DNA of 64,000 bases from Nitrospiraceae bacterium (GCA_050246315.1 JBFWWG010000002.1:64001-128000), one strand, 5' to 3'; numbered from the stretch's first letter, positions 49,329 to 59,847 are shown. The notes: generated by a model not told the origin, from the letters alone. A program made the numbers and translations.

Positions 49329-52300
49329 TCAAGCAGGGATCATCATCCCTTTGCGCAGAATGATGAACTGAAAGCCCGCAGGCTCCACGGCCAAGACCTG
49401 TCGGACCGCGGCTTGGTAAACCTGGACCTGCCAGGCATAACGGCGAATCAGCTCCGGCAATTCGTTCTCTTCCACATCGTCGGTTTTGTAATCCGCCACC
49501 CAGACCTCACCGTTCAGGCGGTAGATCACGTCGATCGTTCCTGTCATCACCTGTCCAGGTGTCCGGTCCTTTCCTGTCGTCTGATCCTGTGCCGTTTCCC
49601 AGGGAATCGAGAACGGAACCTCGCGACCGATCAACTCCGACCTCTGTAGCAGCCGATAGGGCTCGGACCGGCCGTACACATCGAAAATCGCCCCTAGCTC
49701 GCTCTGAATCCGCACCCGATCTTTTTCACAATCCAGCGGAAGCTGGGACCGACAGTAGGTTGCGATGAGACGGTGAAACTCCGCCGGACTCCCGCCATAA
49801 TCCCATTGTTCAAGCAGTCGGTGGGCCAGTACCCCAATCACCTGGCTGATCCGCCGGCTTCGCTCCTTGCCATCCCTTTGGTATCCCCAACCTGGATGAT
49901 CGGACATGGCCTCAGCCACACTCGATGGAGTTAGCATGCGGGAGGTTCCTTTAGCCTCGCACCATCTCGCCGTGCGGTTGGCCCAAATTTCGATTGCAGA
50001 GGATTCTGGATCTAACGGTTTCAGCTCTCCGACCCAACCGGGTTGTGAGGGGTGACTCAAGGCAGGAGCCACCACGACCGTCTGACGCATCACCGCATCG
50101 CCGATGCTGAGTTCTGCAACTCCCCGATCGCCGAATCCGCTTGGAATCGTCTTAGCTAATAGAGAGCACACCGTATCCGGTCCGGCCCGGCCGGTCACTC
50201 CTCCCGACAGCAAGAGCCGATCCTTCGCCCTGGTCATGCCGACATACAACACGCGGCGTTGTTCCGCCTCCTCCCGCGCTCGTTGTTTTGTCTGCACCAG
50301 CACGCTTCCGAACGTCTGTGCCCTGCTGTCGGCAAGCCACAACCCATAGAGGCCGCTGGACCAATCATGTCCGATCAGAGATGAGGAACCCTGTCCTCTC
50401 GTGCCTTGATGCAGTCCCGGCAGGATGACTATGGGAAATTCTAAGCCCTTTGCCTTGTGGATGGTCAGCACATGTACCGCCTCAAGAGAGTCTTCTGCCA
50501 GAGCGCCTTCCGATTCCTGCGGCTGTTCCTCAAGCCGCCTGATCATTTCTTCGACGAACCCGTTGAGCGTCAGGGCTGGGCGATCTGACAGGAAACCCGC
50601 CATCTGTTGCACCTTCAGCAGATTGGCCACGGCCTGCTCCCCATGGAGGGATGCCGCGGCCAACTCCAGCACGGGAAGGCGGACGAAGACCCTTTCCAGC
50701 CCGTCGGAAAGCGGCAGGCGCAGCAGCTCGTGGTGCAACTGTCGTAGTTCGTGATACAAGCGTTGAATGGGACGAGCGCCGAGATTGTTCCAGGTGGCTA
50801 ATCGTTCCGGACGACGATAGTCCATCGCGCGGCGAGCCCTGACTTCGAAGAGGTCTCGATCCGACAAGCCGCCGAGGGAGGAACGCAGCACTCCGGCCAT
50901 GGCAATCGAATCGTTGGGGTTCTCCAGTACACGCAAGAGATTCACCAAATCGATGACCTCCTGACGGCGATAGAAATGCTTCTCTCCGTCGGTGACGTAG
51001 GCAATCCCCTGCCGGCGGAAGGCATCGAGGTATTCCTGAGCCTGGGTGAGCTTGCGGAAGAGAATGGCCACGTGACCGGGCTTGAGCGGACTTTTGTTCC
51101 CCTCCTCGTCCAAAGACTGTTCGCTAACCAGCAAATCTTCCGCGAGCCAGCGAGCAAGCGATTCAGCCTCCGCCCGGGTGGCTGCCGCCGAGTCGAAATC
51201 GTCCTCGTTCTCGCGATGGGCCACCAGGCGAAGTTCGACACCGGGTCGTCCGACCAATGGAGGGCGGTTCGGTTTGACGTCCAATCGTACCGGAGCCGGC
51301 TGTAGGTGTCGCTGGGGCACGAAGACTCGGTCGAATACCTCATTCACGACCGCCAGCACCGAGCCATGACTGCGAAAATTTGTGGTGAGGTTGTGAATCT
51401 CTCCTCCCCCCGTCCGTAATTTGTGCACCACCCGATCGAACGCTTCGATGTCGGCGCGCCGAAAGGCGTAGATGGATTGCTTGGGATCACCGACGATGAA
51501 CAGCTTGCCCGGCTCCAAATCGACCTCCTGCCATGAACGCGCCTGTTGTCCGAGTCGCTCGGACAGAAATAAGACCAGCTCATATTGGACCGGATCGGTA
51601 TCCTGGAACTCATCGACCAACAGACCTCGATATTCGTGTTTGAGTCGCTCTCGGACGATGGGATGGTCGCGAAGCAGTGACCGCGCGCGAGCCGTCAACC
51701 CGTCGAACGACAGCCAGCCTGATGCCACGAATGACCGGCGGACGTCACTGGCAAACGGTGCCAACAACTCCAATACATCTTTGCCCAGGTCCCTATCGAC
51801 TCTCAGGCAAGCCTGGGCCACCTTGATCAGAGACGAGGCCGCGAGGAACTCTTGTTCACTCCAGCTCTTGGGACAGCCGCCGATCTCGCGATCGAGTTGC
51901 AGCCGTTCCGCCTCGCCGAGGCAGCGAAGACCATCGACGCCCTGTGCAAGCAGCAGTGTCAAGAGCGAGACGGCAGCCTGGAGCATTCCATCGGTCTTCA
52001 GACCCTTCACTCCTGCTCGGCCGGCAAGAATCTCTTCTCCCGCTAGGACGGAATCCTCCATCCATCGCTTCACAGACTCCGGCAGTGTCTCGCTGCTTAC
52101 CTGCTTGATCAGGTCATCAAGCGAGATGAGTTCGTTGCAGAGTTCGCGCGCCAACTCTCGTAGCTGCTCCACTCGGATCTGTGTCAGCACTCGTCGCCAT
52201 TGCGGATGTCGTCGGCCTTCCGCCCCAAGCTCGCCATCGATCCAATTCCGCCAACTGGCGGTCAAGTGCTCCTCGAATCGCAGGCCGTCATCCTCTTGGA

Positions 52301-52793
52301 ACTGGGGCGGGACGCCGCTTTCGAGAGGATAGAGGCGCAACAGATGAGCGGCGAAACTGTGCAGGGTGCCGATCTGAGCCTTCTCCACATCCTGAAGCGC
52401 GGCCTCGGCCCGGTGAACGATCTCCTCCGTCGAGAGACCATACCGGCCGCGCAGCAAATCCATCTGGCGAACGGCTTCCTCTTGTTCCATATCCGACCGC
52501 CCGCATGACTCTTGTGTTGGCATCCCCAAATCCTTGGATAGGGAAGCCAGGCCGAGCAGCCTTTTGCGCAACCGGACTTTCATCTCGGTCGCAGCCTTGT
52601 TTGAAAAGGTCAGTGCGGCGACCTTGGCGATGGGGATCGATCCTGGTTCTCGCAGCAGCAGATGCAGGAAGCGGTTCACCAACAACGTCGTCTTGCCTGT
52701 CCCGGCCCCTGCCTCCACGACGATGTTCCGGTCAAAGGTGGTTTCCGCTGCTACGCGAGCGTCCGAATCATGCAAGAGAGGTGGTTCGCTCAT
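49329..52793 (-). CDS. addA: AddA-like UvrD helicase with C-terminal PD-(D/E)XK nuclease
   Basis: AGAGTGKT, TLHSF, VDEFQDT, GDPKQSIYAFR, TIHKAKGLEF, YVGMTRA, G.ID...DYKT. Confidence 0.9.
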   Translation of the reverse strand: MSEPPLLHDSDARVAAETTFDRNIVVEAGAGTGKTTLLVNRFLHLLLREPGSIPIAKVAALTFSNKAATEMKVRLRKRLLGLASLSKDLGMPTQESCGRSDMEQEEAVRQMDLLRGRYGLSTEEIVHRAEAALQDVEKAQIGTLHSFAAHLLRLYPLESGVPPQFQEDDGLRFEEHLTASWRNWIDGELGAEGRRHPQWRRVLTQIRVEQLRELARELCNELISLDDLIKQVSSETLPESVKRWMEDSVLAGEEILAGRAGVKGLKTDGMLQAAVSLLTLLLAQGVDGLRCLGEAERLQLDREIGGCPKSWSEQEFLAASSLIKVAQACLRVDRDLGKDVLELLAPFASDVRRSFVASGWLSFDGLTARARSLLRDHPIVRERLKHEYRGLLVDEFQDTDPVQYELVLFLSERLGQQARSWQEVDLEPGKLFIVGDPKQSIYAFRRADIEAFDRVVHKLRTGGGEIHNLTTNFRSHGSVLAVVNEVFDRVFVPQRHLQPAPVRLDVKPNRPPLVGRPGVELRLVAHRENEDDFDSAAATRAEAESLARWLAEDLLVSEQSLDEEGNKSPLKPGHVAILFRKLTQAQEYLDAFRRQGIAYVTDGEKHFYRRQEVIDLVNLLRVLENPNDSIAMAGVLRSSLGGLSDRDLFEVRARRAMDYRRPERLATWNNLGARPIQRLYHELRQLHHELLRLPLSDGLERVFVRLPVLELAAASLHGEQAVANLLKVQQMAGFLSDRPALTLNGFVEEMIRRLEEQPQESEGALAEDSLEAVHVLTIHKAKGLEFPIVILPGLHQGTRGQGSSSLIGHDWSSGLYGLWLADSRAQTFGSVLVQTKQRAREEAEQRRVLYVGMTRAKDRLLLSGGVTGRAGPDTVCSLLAKTIPSGFGDRGVAELSIGDAVMRQTVVVAPALSHPSQPGWVGELKPLDPESSAIEIWANRTARWCEAKGTSRMLTPSSVAEAMSDHPGWGYQRDGKERSRRISQVIGVLAHRLLEQWDYGGSPAEFHRLIATYCRSQLPLDCEKDRVRIQSELGAIFDVYGRSEPYRLLQRSELIGREVPFSIPWETAQDQTTGKDRTPGQVMTGTIDVIYRLNGEVWVADYKTDDVEENELPELIRRYAWQVQVYQAAVRQVLAVEPAGFQFIILRKGMMIPA

Positions 52794-55700
52794 TACGGAA
52801 CCTCTTGTTTCCGCATGGTCCGGATGGTCTTCGCCTGATGCGATTGATAGGCCCGTTCCCAAGTCGGTCCGTGATGGAGACGGCAAGCAACCGCGATCTC
52901 GCAATGGTCACAATAGGGCCCAGGCTGGATCACGAATTGCCCCTCGCGGATGCCATGGAGCAGGGTCTGCATCGTCCGTCGTAACATCGGACCGGCAGAC
53001 GATACCCAGAGGGACGTATCGAAGGACGAGCGATCAATCCGTGGACTCCAGCGCGGAGCCAGGAAGACAAATTCGACCAGGTCCGGTCGTGAAGAACGGG
53101 CATCGGTGACATTGGCCGCACCCCGATCCGGAATGGCCATCTGGGCATAGAGGGGCGGCTGCAGGCGAAAACCTCGGAGAGCGGAGGTCGCGAGATCACG
53201 ATCTTCCTTTTTCTGATTGGCTCCCTGCTTGTATTTGTAATCCACGATACGGAGGCTGGGCGACCCCTGGCGCCTATCCACACGATCCAATCGGCCCCGA
53301 ACTTTGATCAACGGCAGGTCCGGAGTCTCGCAGGGCGTGAGCCTACCCTCGACATCAAGTTCGAACGCCAGGGGGCGAAAACCGGTTCTGAGACAATCCT
53401 CTCTGTCGGACAGAACGGCCTCCCTTATCAATTCCACGACGAGATCCCGCGACAGTTCCCAGAGTAGGTGATGTCCGGGCGCCCTCGTCGCAGCATGTTC
53501 GGCATAGACTTCATGGACCGCCTTGTGGACCACAGAAAGAAGCGCGTCGCCGGCATCAAGAGTTTCGGGCCATCCTGCCGCCGTGAGTCTCTCATAGCAG
53601 CTGCGCAACGCAGCGTGGCACAGGGTGCCGATCAGCATGGGAGTCGGTTCTTCTTCACGACTTGGACGTACAGATTGCAACCGCAGGACGTGCCTTCCGA
53701 AATACTGGAAGGGACAGCGGGCATAGGATTCCAACGCGCTGGGAGAGAACCCGGCATCGAGAACTTGGTTCCAATATTCGACCAACGGACCGGTCATACC
53801 ATCGTGTTCCCCTATCTGATGAGAAAATGAATCCACCATGCGCAAGGAGGCATAGCCCTGTTGGAACAGGTCCGCTGGACGTTCCATGGCCCGCAAGAGC
53901 CCGGTGGGGTCCTGTTGGCGAAGAATCCGATAGAGAATCACCTCATTGAGAGGAAGCAGCGAGGTCACCGATGGATGCCGGCTTACGCGTTCCGTGAGCC
54001 GTCTGGGAACTGCTTCTTCTGCCTCCGGTGACAGCCGATAGAGTCGGCGCGCCTCTTCGAGAAAGGTGGAGGAGGCAAGGAACCGGCCTTCCGCATCGGC
54101 ACGTTGATAGAACAGAGACAGCCGAGAGGTCGCCGCCTGGCAGAGCAGCGCGAAGAGCAACCGCTCTTCGTCATAGCCGGCCAGCTTTTCGTCGATCTTG
54201 TATCCTAACGTGGCATCGAGCACTCGGCGGGACCGATCCCGCAGGAACGCGTCCTCTCGGATAATGCGGGGAAACAACTTTTCGTTCAGTCCGATCAGAC
54301 AAAGCGCCCTGAACGGCAGCCCGCGCGCCGACATGGCATCCAGTACTTGTACACCTTCATGCTTGGCCGCTCCGATCAGGATGGTGCCTCGCTCGAAGGC
54401 CTGCTGCAACAGGTCTGTCCATTCCTCCCAACTCCGTTCCACACCGAGACGATCGATTTGACGCAATCGGAGAAACGCCTCTTGGAGGGCCGCCACCACG
54501 AAGTCGGCCGGCTCATACTCGGATGTCCCCATTCCGAGTTGCGCGCTGTGATCAGTCAAGCCAGGAATGGACAGGTGCCGAGTCACGATTTCAAGAAACC
54601 GCTCCGTGAGTTCCTCCACAGTCCCTCGATCCGGAAGCGAACGGCAGTCCTCAATCAGACGCGATACTAATCGCCACAGGTGCTGATATTCACGGCGGCC
54701 GACCTTGGCCGTTGTGCGATCTTCTTCGGTATCCTCATCGCCATCCGCGCGCTCGTCCGCTTCATCCTCACCTGGTTCCACCTGTTCCTGGTCGTCCGCT
54801 GTTTCATGAGTCGGGATCAGGCGCCGCCAGTCCCCTTCACCGCTCGTGATACCCAATTCCTGAACAGCAAGTCGCCAGAGATCCGGTCGCCATTCGAAGG
54901 GCGTCAAACCCATGCCGTCAGTTCGATAATAGGGTGAGCTCAATACATCCAACAGAGGCGTAGCATGGAAAGATGCGCTCCGAATCGATGCCAGTTGCCA
55001 CAGTGTCTTGGCTGCAGGCTCGGCAAAGAGCGGTCGGGCCGCCGTGGAGGTGAAGGGAATGCGGTAGCGATCGAACATCCTCGCCAACCCCGGAGCATAG
55101 GGTTCCCATGTCCGCGCGACCACTCCGATTTCACTGAACCGGTAGCCGTACGTTTCGACCAGAGTCAGGATCTCCCGGCAGACGGCGGACAGTTCGGCTT
55201 CGGGCCCAACGGCGCTGACGATTCGAACTTGACAGTCATTTGGACTGTCTCCTGTCTGTCGCACCGCTCCGCGCGGATTCCTGGCGTCCGGCTCGGCCAG
55301 TGATACCGTTGAAGCAGCCAGCGGCAAAAGGTGCCTCTCAAAAAACTTCATGGCAAACTTTAAATTAGAATGCTTACCAACTTGAAAGTAGGCTGTCGTC
55401 TCAGTTTTTTCCAAGATACGTTCCAATAAAGATAGTTGGACCTGCGAAAGGTCGTAGAAGCCGTAGTAAATGACCCGCCTGAGGTTGGTCAGAAATGTGG
55501 AATGGGGGATCCAAGGTTGGACATGAGCCGCCAAATCATCCGGCGAGGCGATGCCAAGGGCCCTGCTTCCCTCCTGGACTCCGGCATAGAGCGTAAACAG
55601 CGCCTCCAGCCAGGGGCCGTCATCCGGATCGAACAACCCTTCTCGAACAGCCCGGATGGCAGTCGCGGGATCGACGGCGGCGTCCTTCATGTCCCGCAGA

Positions 55701-56089
55701 GTGGCCCAGAGCGCGGCCCAAGTACCGGTGGCGGTCCCAAGACGCTGCAAGGGTTCCATGGCGAAAAACGGTGTCTCCAACACAAGATGTCGCGCCAATT
55801 GCTCGAAGCAGAATTCGTCAACCAACACCGAAGGCGCCGTCTCGGAGTCGTCGAGCGTCCGTTCGGCGGTCAGCTTCAGCACCAATTGATGAAAGGTCAA
55901 GAAGTGGACATGTAGTAGAGGCAGGTGTGCGTCCAGCGCGAACAGCCGTCGCAGGCGATCGATGAGCAATTGCGAGGGAACGATGATGGCGAGAGGCGCC
56001 AGAGGCTCACCTGCCTTCAGGCAGCGCACCTCATCGACTAGGGCTGACTCAAGGGTGGAATGGAAGGGACCGGTGCAAACGCGGAGCAT
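52793..56089 (-). CDS. addB: AddB-like inactive helicase/nuclease with Fe-S cysteines
   Basis: FSPSALESYARCPF, GRLDRVD, IVDYK, CDHC...C; translationally coupled to addA. Confidence 0.88.
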   Translation of the reverse strand: MLRVCTGPFHSTLESALVDEVRCLKAGEPLAPLAIIVPSQLLIDRLRRLFALDAHLPLLHVHFLTFHQLVLKLTAERTLDDSETAPSVLVDEFCFEQLARHLVLETPFFAMEPLQRLGTATGTWAALWATLRDMKDAAVDPATAIRAVREGLFDPDDGPWLEALFTLYAGVQEGSRALGIASPDDLAAHVQPWIPHSTFLTNLRRVIYYGFYDLSQVQLSLLERILEKTETTAYFQVGKHSNLKFAMKFFERHLLPLAASTVSLAEPDARNPRGAVRQTGDSPNDCQVRIVSAVGPEAELSAVCREILTLVETYGYRFSEIGVVARTWEPYAPGLARMFDRYRIPFTSTAARPLFAEPAAKTLWQLASIRSASFHATPLLDVLSSPYYRTDGMGLTPFEWRPDLWRLAVQELGITSGEGDWRRLIPTHETADDQEQVEPGEDEADERADGDEDTEEDRTTAKVGRREYQHLWRLVSRLIEDCRSLPDRGTVEELTERFLEIVTRHLSIPGLTDHSAQLGMGTSEYEPADFVVAALQEAFLRLRQIDRLGVERSWEEWTDLLQQAFERGTILIGAAKHEGVQVLDAMSARGLPFRALCLIGLNEKLFPRIIREDAFLRDRSRRVLDATLGYKIDEKLAGYDEERLLFALLCQAATSRLSLFYQRADAEGRFLASSTFLEEARRLYRLSPEAEEAVPRRLTERVSRHPSVTSLLPLNEVILYRILRQQDPTGLLRAMERPADLFQQGYASLRMVDSFSHQIGEHDGMTGPLVEYWNQVLDAGFSPSALESYARCPFQYFGRHVLRLQSVRPSREEEPTPMLIGTLCHAALRSCYERLTAAGWPETLDAGDALLSVVHKAVHEVYAEHAATRAPGHHLLWELSRDLVVELIREAVLSDREDCLRTGFRPLAFELDVEGRLTPCETPDLPLIKVRGRLDRVDRRQGSPSLRIVDYKYKQGANQKKEDRDLATSALRGFRLQPPLYAQMAIPDRGAANVTDARSSRPDLVEFVFLAPRWSPRIDRSSFDTSLWVSSAGPMLRRTMQTLLHGIREGQFVIQPGPYCDHCEIAVACRLHHGPTWERAYQSHQAKTIRTMRKQEVP

Positions 56090-56402
56090 TTAGCGCGTGG
56101 TTTGTGAAGCGTGAAACGACCAAGGTCAGGTCGCGGGCTCTCCCCTTGCCAGCCACGTCTCACGAGCCCCCAGCGACGAAGACTACCCGGTCTCCGGGCC
56201 AAGCAGCTCCCCGTTACAATCCACGCAGGCCCAGTCGCCGTCAATGAACGACATAGGATCTCCGCAAATCGGACAATCAGGCGGCGGCCCTTTGTCGATC
56301 TGAGGCAGAATCGGCAACTCAATATCGTCTTCTTCGACCATCGCCACTCCTGTTCTGCGGAACGCCTGAATGGTCCGCGGCCGAATTGGGGAGGCTTTGG
56401 GA

Positions 56403-56669
56403 TTAAGCCTGACGCTGCTTGATTTTCTGTTCCAGTGCCTTTTCAGCGCTTTGCCGGCTGGGTACGCCGATAAAGGTCAATCGCCCGTCTATGATGGTGG
56501 CTGGCACTGCCCTGATGGAATGGCGATCAGCCAGTTCCTGCCCATCCGACGTGGTGATGTCCACCTCGCGGTAGCTGAAGCTATACTTTGCCCTCAATTC
56601 CTTCCAGAGGCTCTTGGCCGAGGGGCAGGCGCCGCAAGAGGGAGAGACTAAGAGAGTAATGTTCGGCAT
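56403..56669 (-). CDS. Thioredoxin/glutaredoxin-like protein
   Basis: CGAC active site, AVP cis-Pro loop, IDG...FIG.P. Confidence 0.88.
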   Translation of the reverse strand: MPNITLLVSPSCGACPSAKSLWKELRAKYSFSYREVDITTSDGQELADRHSIRAVPATIIDGRLTFIGVPSRQSAEKALEQKIKQRQA

Positions 56670-57226
56670 ATGGCAATCCTTTGATGAACAACAGAGAAAA
56701 TCTTAACACCAGGGAAAATGCAGGCGCAAGGGCGACGCCGACCCTGGCCGGAGGAAGGGACACGTTTTTCCGGTTCATGACGGGCCCGTGCAGTCGTCGA
56801 GCTGGAGCAGGTGGCAGGAGGTCCTTCGGACGCCGAAACCAAAAAGGGATTGTGGAACAGACCGCCTGTAGCGGTCGTCATGGCGGCAAGGCGCGATGGG
56901 AAAGTCCCATGAGCAAGCACGGATTCTGGGTGAAATCCGGGAAAGCCGTGGTAGCTGTGCATCGCGAAGAAGTCTCCGCTGGGGGGTGTGGACCCGGTTC
57001 GATTAGCTGTCAGAGGCGGCTCGATACTGGATCTCGACCCGGAGAAACGGGCGTCGATTCGATTCGTCGCACCGACATTTCATGGGGATGGCTCATTGGG
57101 GGATCGAGCATCCTATCGAACTAAACAGGGATTTCCCGGCTTTACAGGTGGAAAATCCGTTAGACCACATCTGATGACGATGGCATTCCGGAGCAGAAGG
57201 AGGGCAAAACCGGCGGCAGAAGCGAA

Positions 57227-57673
57227 CTATTCGCAGCGGCAGTTGGCTTTGTAGTCCGTGCAGATCGGTCCGAATGATCGTTCGCAGTCGCAACTGCACT
57301 TCGGCGTTTGTCCGGCGGGGCAGGTGATTTTGCAAGTCTGTTTGATGCCCATCCCGCAGGACACGATTTCACAGCCGTTGGAACCTTCGGCCATGAGCAG
57401 GGGCGGTTCCGCCGCGCAGACCTTCTCTCCGATCGTTTGTTGTCCCGTCTCATCCATCAACGGCAGCGGGGAAGACGGTCCTTCGTTCGCGGCGGATATG
57501 CGGCTGTCGCGAACCTGATCTTCATGATGGATCTCGGTTGATGAGGTACCGGTCTCAACCTGCCCTTCGGTCGAGGATGCCCATACCGGAAAAAGAAGCA
57601 GTTGGACGGGCGTGAGCAGGAAGAAAGCTAGAAAGGGACGAATGAGCAGGCGGCGCACCTTGCTATGGCTCAT
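57227..57673 (-). CDS. Secreted protein with C-terminal cysteine-rich mini-domain
   Basis: Signal peptide ending VWA; 10 Cys in the last ~48 aa. Confidence 0.65.
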   Translation of the reverse strand: MSHSKVRRLLIRPFLAFFLLTPVQLLLFPVWASSTEGQVETGTSSTEIHHEDQVRDSRISAANEGPSSPLPLMDETGQQTIGEKVCAAEPPLLMAEGSNGCEIVSCGMGIKQTCKITCPAGQTPKCSCDCERSFGPICTDYKANCRCE

Positions 57674-57740
57674 GAGGAACCCGTGACGGTGAGTAGCGGG
57701 CCCCAGGATAGGTACAGTTCGACACGAAATCAAGCCTCGT

Positions 57741-58133
57741 TCAACAAGGAATATCAAGGGCGGGATCGCAAAAAAGCGGGCCGATTACCGGAGGACGCAT
57801 ATATTTTGAGGCAGGATCCTGCGCGCCATTGGGCGAAGTCACGGGAGGCCCGCCCGGCATGCCTGGCAGACCCCGTCCGACCGTACCAAACGACTTACGG
57901 TCGCTGGAACTCCCGATGGTACCCACCGTGGGAGTGGGGGTCGGTTGCACACCTGTCCCGCTGGGAGTAATGCCGCCGGCGCCGGTGACAACCGGTTGCA
58001 AAGCCGGTTGGAGACTCGGTGCCGGTAGGGCCGGTGTTTGAGAAGGAGCGGGAGAAACTTGAGCGCCGCAGGGAATTGCAACCATGAGCAGGCTGATCAT
58101 GGTGAGTATGCGCACCCAGGAAGGACGACTCAT
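57741..58133 (-). CDS. Secreted Pro/Gly/Thr-rich protein ending in CxxxxxxxC
   Basis: GAGAGG RBS; signal peptide; low-complexity body; C-terminus GPLFCDPALDIPC. Confidence 0.6.
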   Translation of the reverse strand: MSRPSWVRILTMISLLMVAIPCGAQVSPAPSQTPALPAPSLQPALQPVVTGAGGITPSGTGVQPTPTPTVGTIGSSSDRKSFGTVGRGLPGMPGGPPVTSPNGAQDPASKYMRPPVIGPLFCDPALDIPC

Positions 58134-58147
58134 GCTTCCTCTCGGTT

Positions 58148-58180
58148 GCACTTTCCCATTGTTCGACAATGGGAAAGTGC
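58148..58180. promoter_or_regulatory. Perfect 15-bp inverted repeat (hairpin)
   Basis: GCACTTTCCCATTGT-TCG-ACAATGGGAAAGTGC, directly upstream of the RBS of the 58133 gene. Confidence 0.6.
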
Positions 58181-58195
58181 CAATCCGGCAGCCGA

Positions 58196-58567
58196 CTATG
58201 TGACTCCGAGCGTTGAATCTGAGACCGCGCCCCGCGAGGCGCCGGTGAATGGCTTCTCAATACGCAACTGAGGAGAGGGCCAGACTCGATGTCGCGTAGC
58301 AATGGTGCCCAGAGCCACCATGCCGACCGAACAACCGGTCATGCCGACCAATGGAAGGCGCGAGGGTCGGATCGTCAGCGGCGACTCACGGTTCACTCTC
58401 TGCCGGTGAGCCGGGAGATCTTGCTTCGGGTCGTCCGCGCCCACCGATTCAATCTCGGTACGATCCAGCGTCATAATGGGTTGAGGGATCGGACGGTCAG
58501 GATGGCAGGCGGTGAGAATGGCACAACCCATGGCCAGAAAGGCGACGTTGAGGATCGGGGCCTTCAT
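58196..58567 (-). CDS. Small putative lipoprotein
   Basis: AAGGAG RBS; lipobox LTAC; C-terminal half looks poorly conserved. Confidence 0.5.
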   Translation of the reverse strand: MKAPILNVAFLAMGCAILTACHPDRPIPQPIMTLDRTEIESVGADDPKQDLPAHRQRVNRESPLTIRPSRLPLVGMTGCSVGMVALGTIATRHRVWPSPQLRIEKPFTGASRGAVSDSTLGVT

Positions 58568-58629
58568 AACATCTCCTTATGTTGATCTTAAATGAATCCC
58601 AATGGGTGAGCCATACCCCCAGCGCATCC

Positions 58630-59757
58630 TCAGTTGGCCTGAATGGTGACGAACGGTGACGGAGCCTTCTCGTTGGCTTCGGCCAAGGTCAGCATGACGA
58701 GGAGGAACGAGAACAATCCCTTCGACGCAAGATCACGATTCTCAATCCAATACCATCGGTCGTTGTAGTATATCTTTGCGAAGGCATCGGTCGGCTTCGC
58801 TTCGCCGCTCACGATACGAATCAGCGGCGGAAGACTCTCCACCCCATCGGGCGGAGTGGGAAGATGGGGATACGCGCGCAACTCCCTCTCGTGCTCCGGG
58901 GGAACCTCTACGAAAGTGGCCAGCTCGTACAGGATCTGGAATCCCGAGCGCGTATGCAAGGCGATGACATCATCCCGCCCCGCCGGGACCGGGCCATAGA
59001 CGACCGAAAACTCCGTCTTCTTCGGATCCAAACCGAGGAGGCGTTTTACGGTTTCCCGCTCCTTCTGGATCTCCGGTGGAACCTTTTTGGTCGCAAAAAA
59101 CATCGCCAGACCTTCACCCTGCTTCTCTTTGTCAGGGCTGGCGTGCCATCCGACCGTGCCGGACTCCTGGATCCGCCGAAGGGACCTGACCACCTGGACG
59201 AAGTCCGGATCCTCTAATCGTAATTGCGCCCCGCCTCTGCTGTTGGACAGCCCGTTCACGGACTGCACGGCAGCCATGAACAGCAGATCGATCCGCCACC
59301 CGGCTTCGGCTAACTCGAAGAGTCGGATCGGTGGAATGGGCGTCATCAAGGTCCGAATAAATTGAGAACCGGTCAGGGGAGTGTAGGTGATGGTGGGCCG
59401 ATCCGTGTATTGCCCCTGCACGCCCAGATTGAAGAAATTGCTGATGGACGTGCTTGGTACTCTCTCGAGGTTGGGGTAGACCGTGCCGCCGGCCTGTACC
59501 GTGCTGACCAACGAGTAGCTGCTGACGATCTGTCCGACATCGACAAAAATGGGCGTATCCCCGTATCGCATCTTGACGATATTGAGCAGCGTTTGTTGCT
59601 TCCAGGAATTCGCCATGGCCTGGGTGAAGTCGAACCGATCACGGTCGAGCGTCGCTGCGCCGAAGCTCATGCAGCCCTGGAGGCTCAGAAGGGCTACGGC
59701 CGGAACCAAGACCCGTAACCGATCAGGCCAGCGCATGTGCATGAAGGATCCTCTCAT
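58630..59757 (-). CDS. Uncharacterised lipoprotein
   Basis: Lipobox LQGC; LLNIVKMRY.DTP.F.DV and YTDRPTITYTPL segments; strongly coding-like. Confidence 0.8.
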   Translation of the reverse strand: MRGSFMHMRWPDRLRVLVPAVALLSLQGCMSFGAATLDRDRFDFTQAMANSWKQQTLLNIVKMRYGDTPIFVDVGQIVSSYSLVSTVQAGGTVYPNLERVPSTSISNFFNLGVQGQYTDRPTITYTPLTGSQFIRTLMTPIPPIRLFELAEAGWRIDLLFMAAVQSVNGLSNSRGGAQLRLEDPDFVQVVRSLRRIQESGTVGWHASPDKEKQGEGLAMFFATKKVPPEIQKERETVKRLLGLDPKKTEFSVVYGPVPAGRDDVIALHTRSGFQILYELATFVEVPPEHERELRAYPHLPTPPDGVESLPPLIRIVSGEAKPTDAFAKIYYNDRWYWIENRDLASKGLFSFLLVMLTLAEANEKAPSPFVTIQAN

Positions 59758-59847
59758 GATCGTTCCCTCCGGTACCTTTCGAGGTCCAAATTCATTTGCT
59801 TTGTAAAATTGTGACGTCTGCCAGATCGGCTCCCCAATCCCAGGCTC

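Noticed and set aside
49329..56089. Helicase plus Cas4-like nuclease pair as a defence system
   Set aside because: Size, motifs and coupling match housekeeping AddAB, next to lgt.
56648..57124. ORFs between the thioredoxin-like gene and the Cys-rich gene, considered as an RGPP-type leader peptide
   Set aside because: Only SEGPP is present, with no CxxC or convincing RBS; coding status unsupported.
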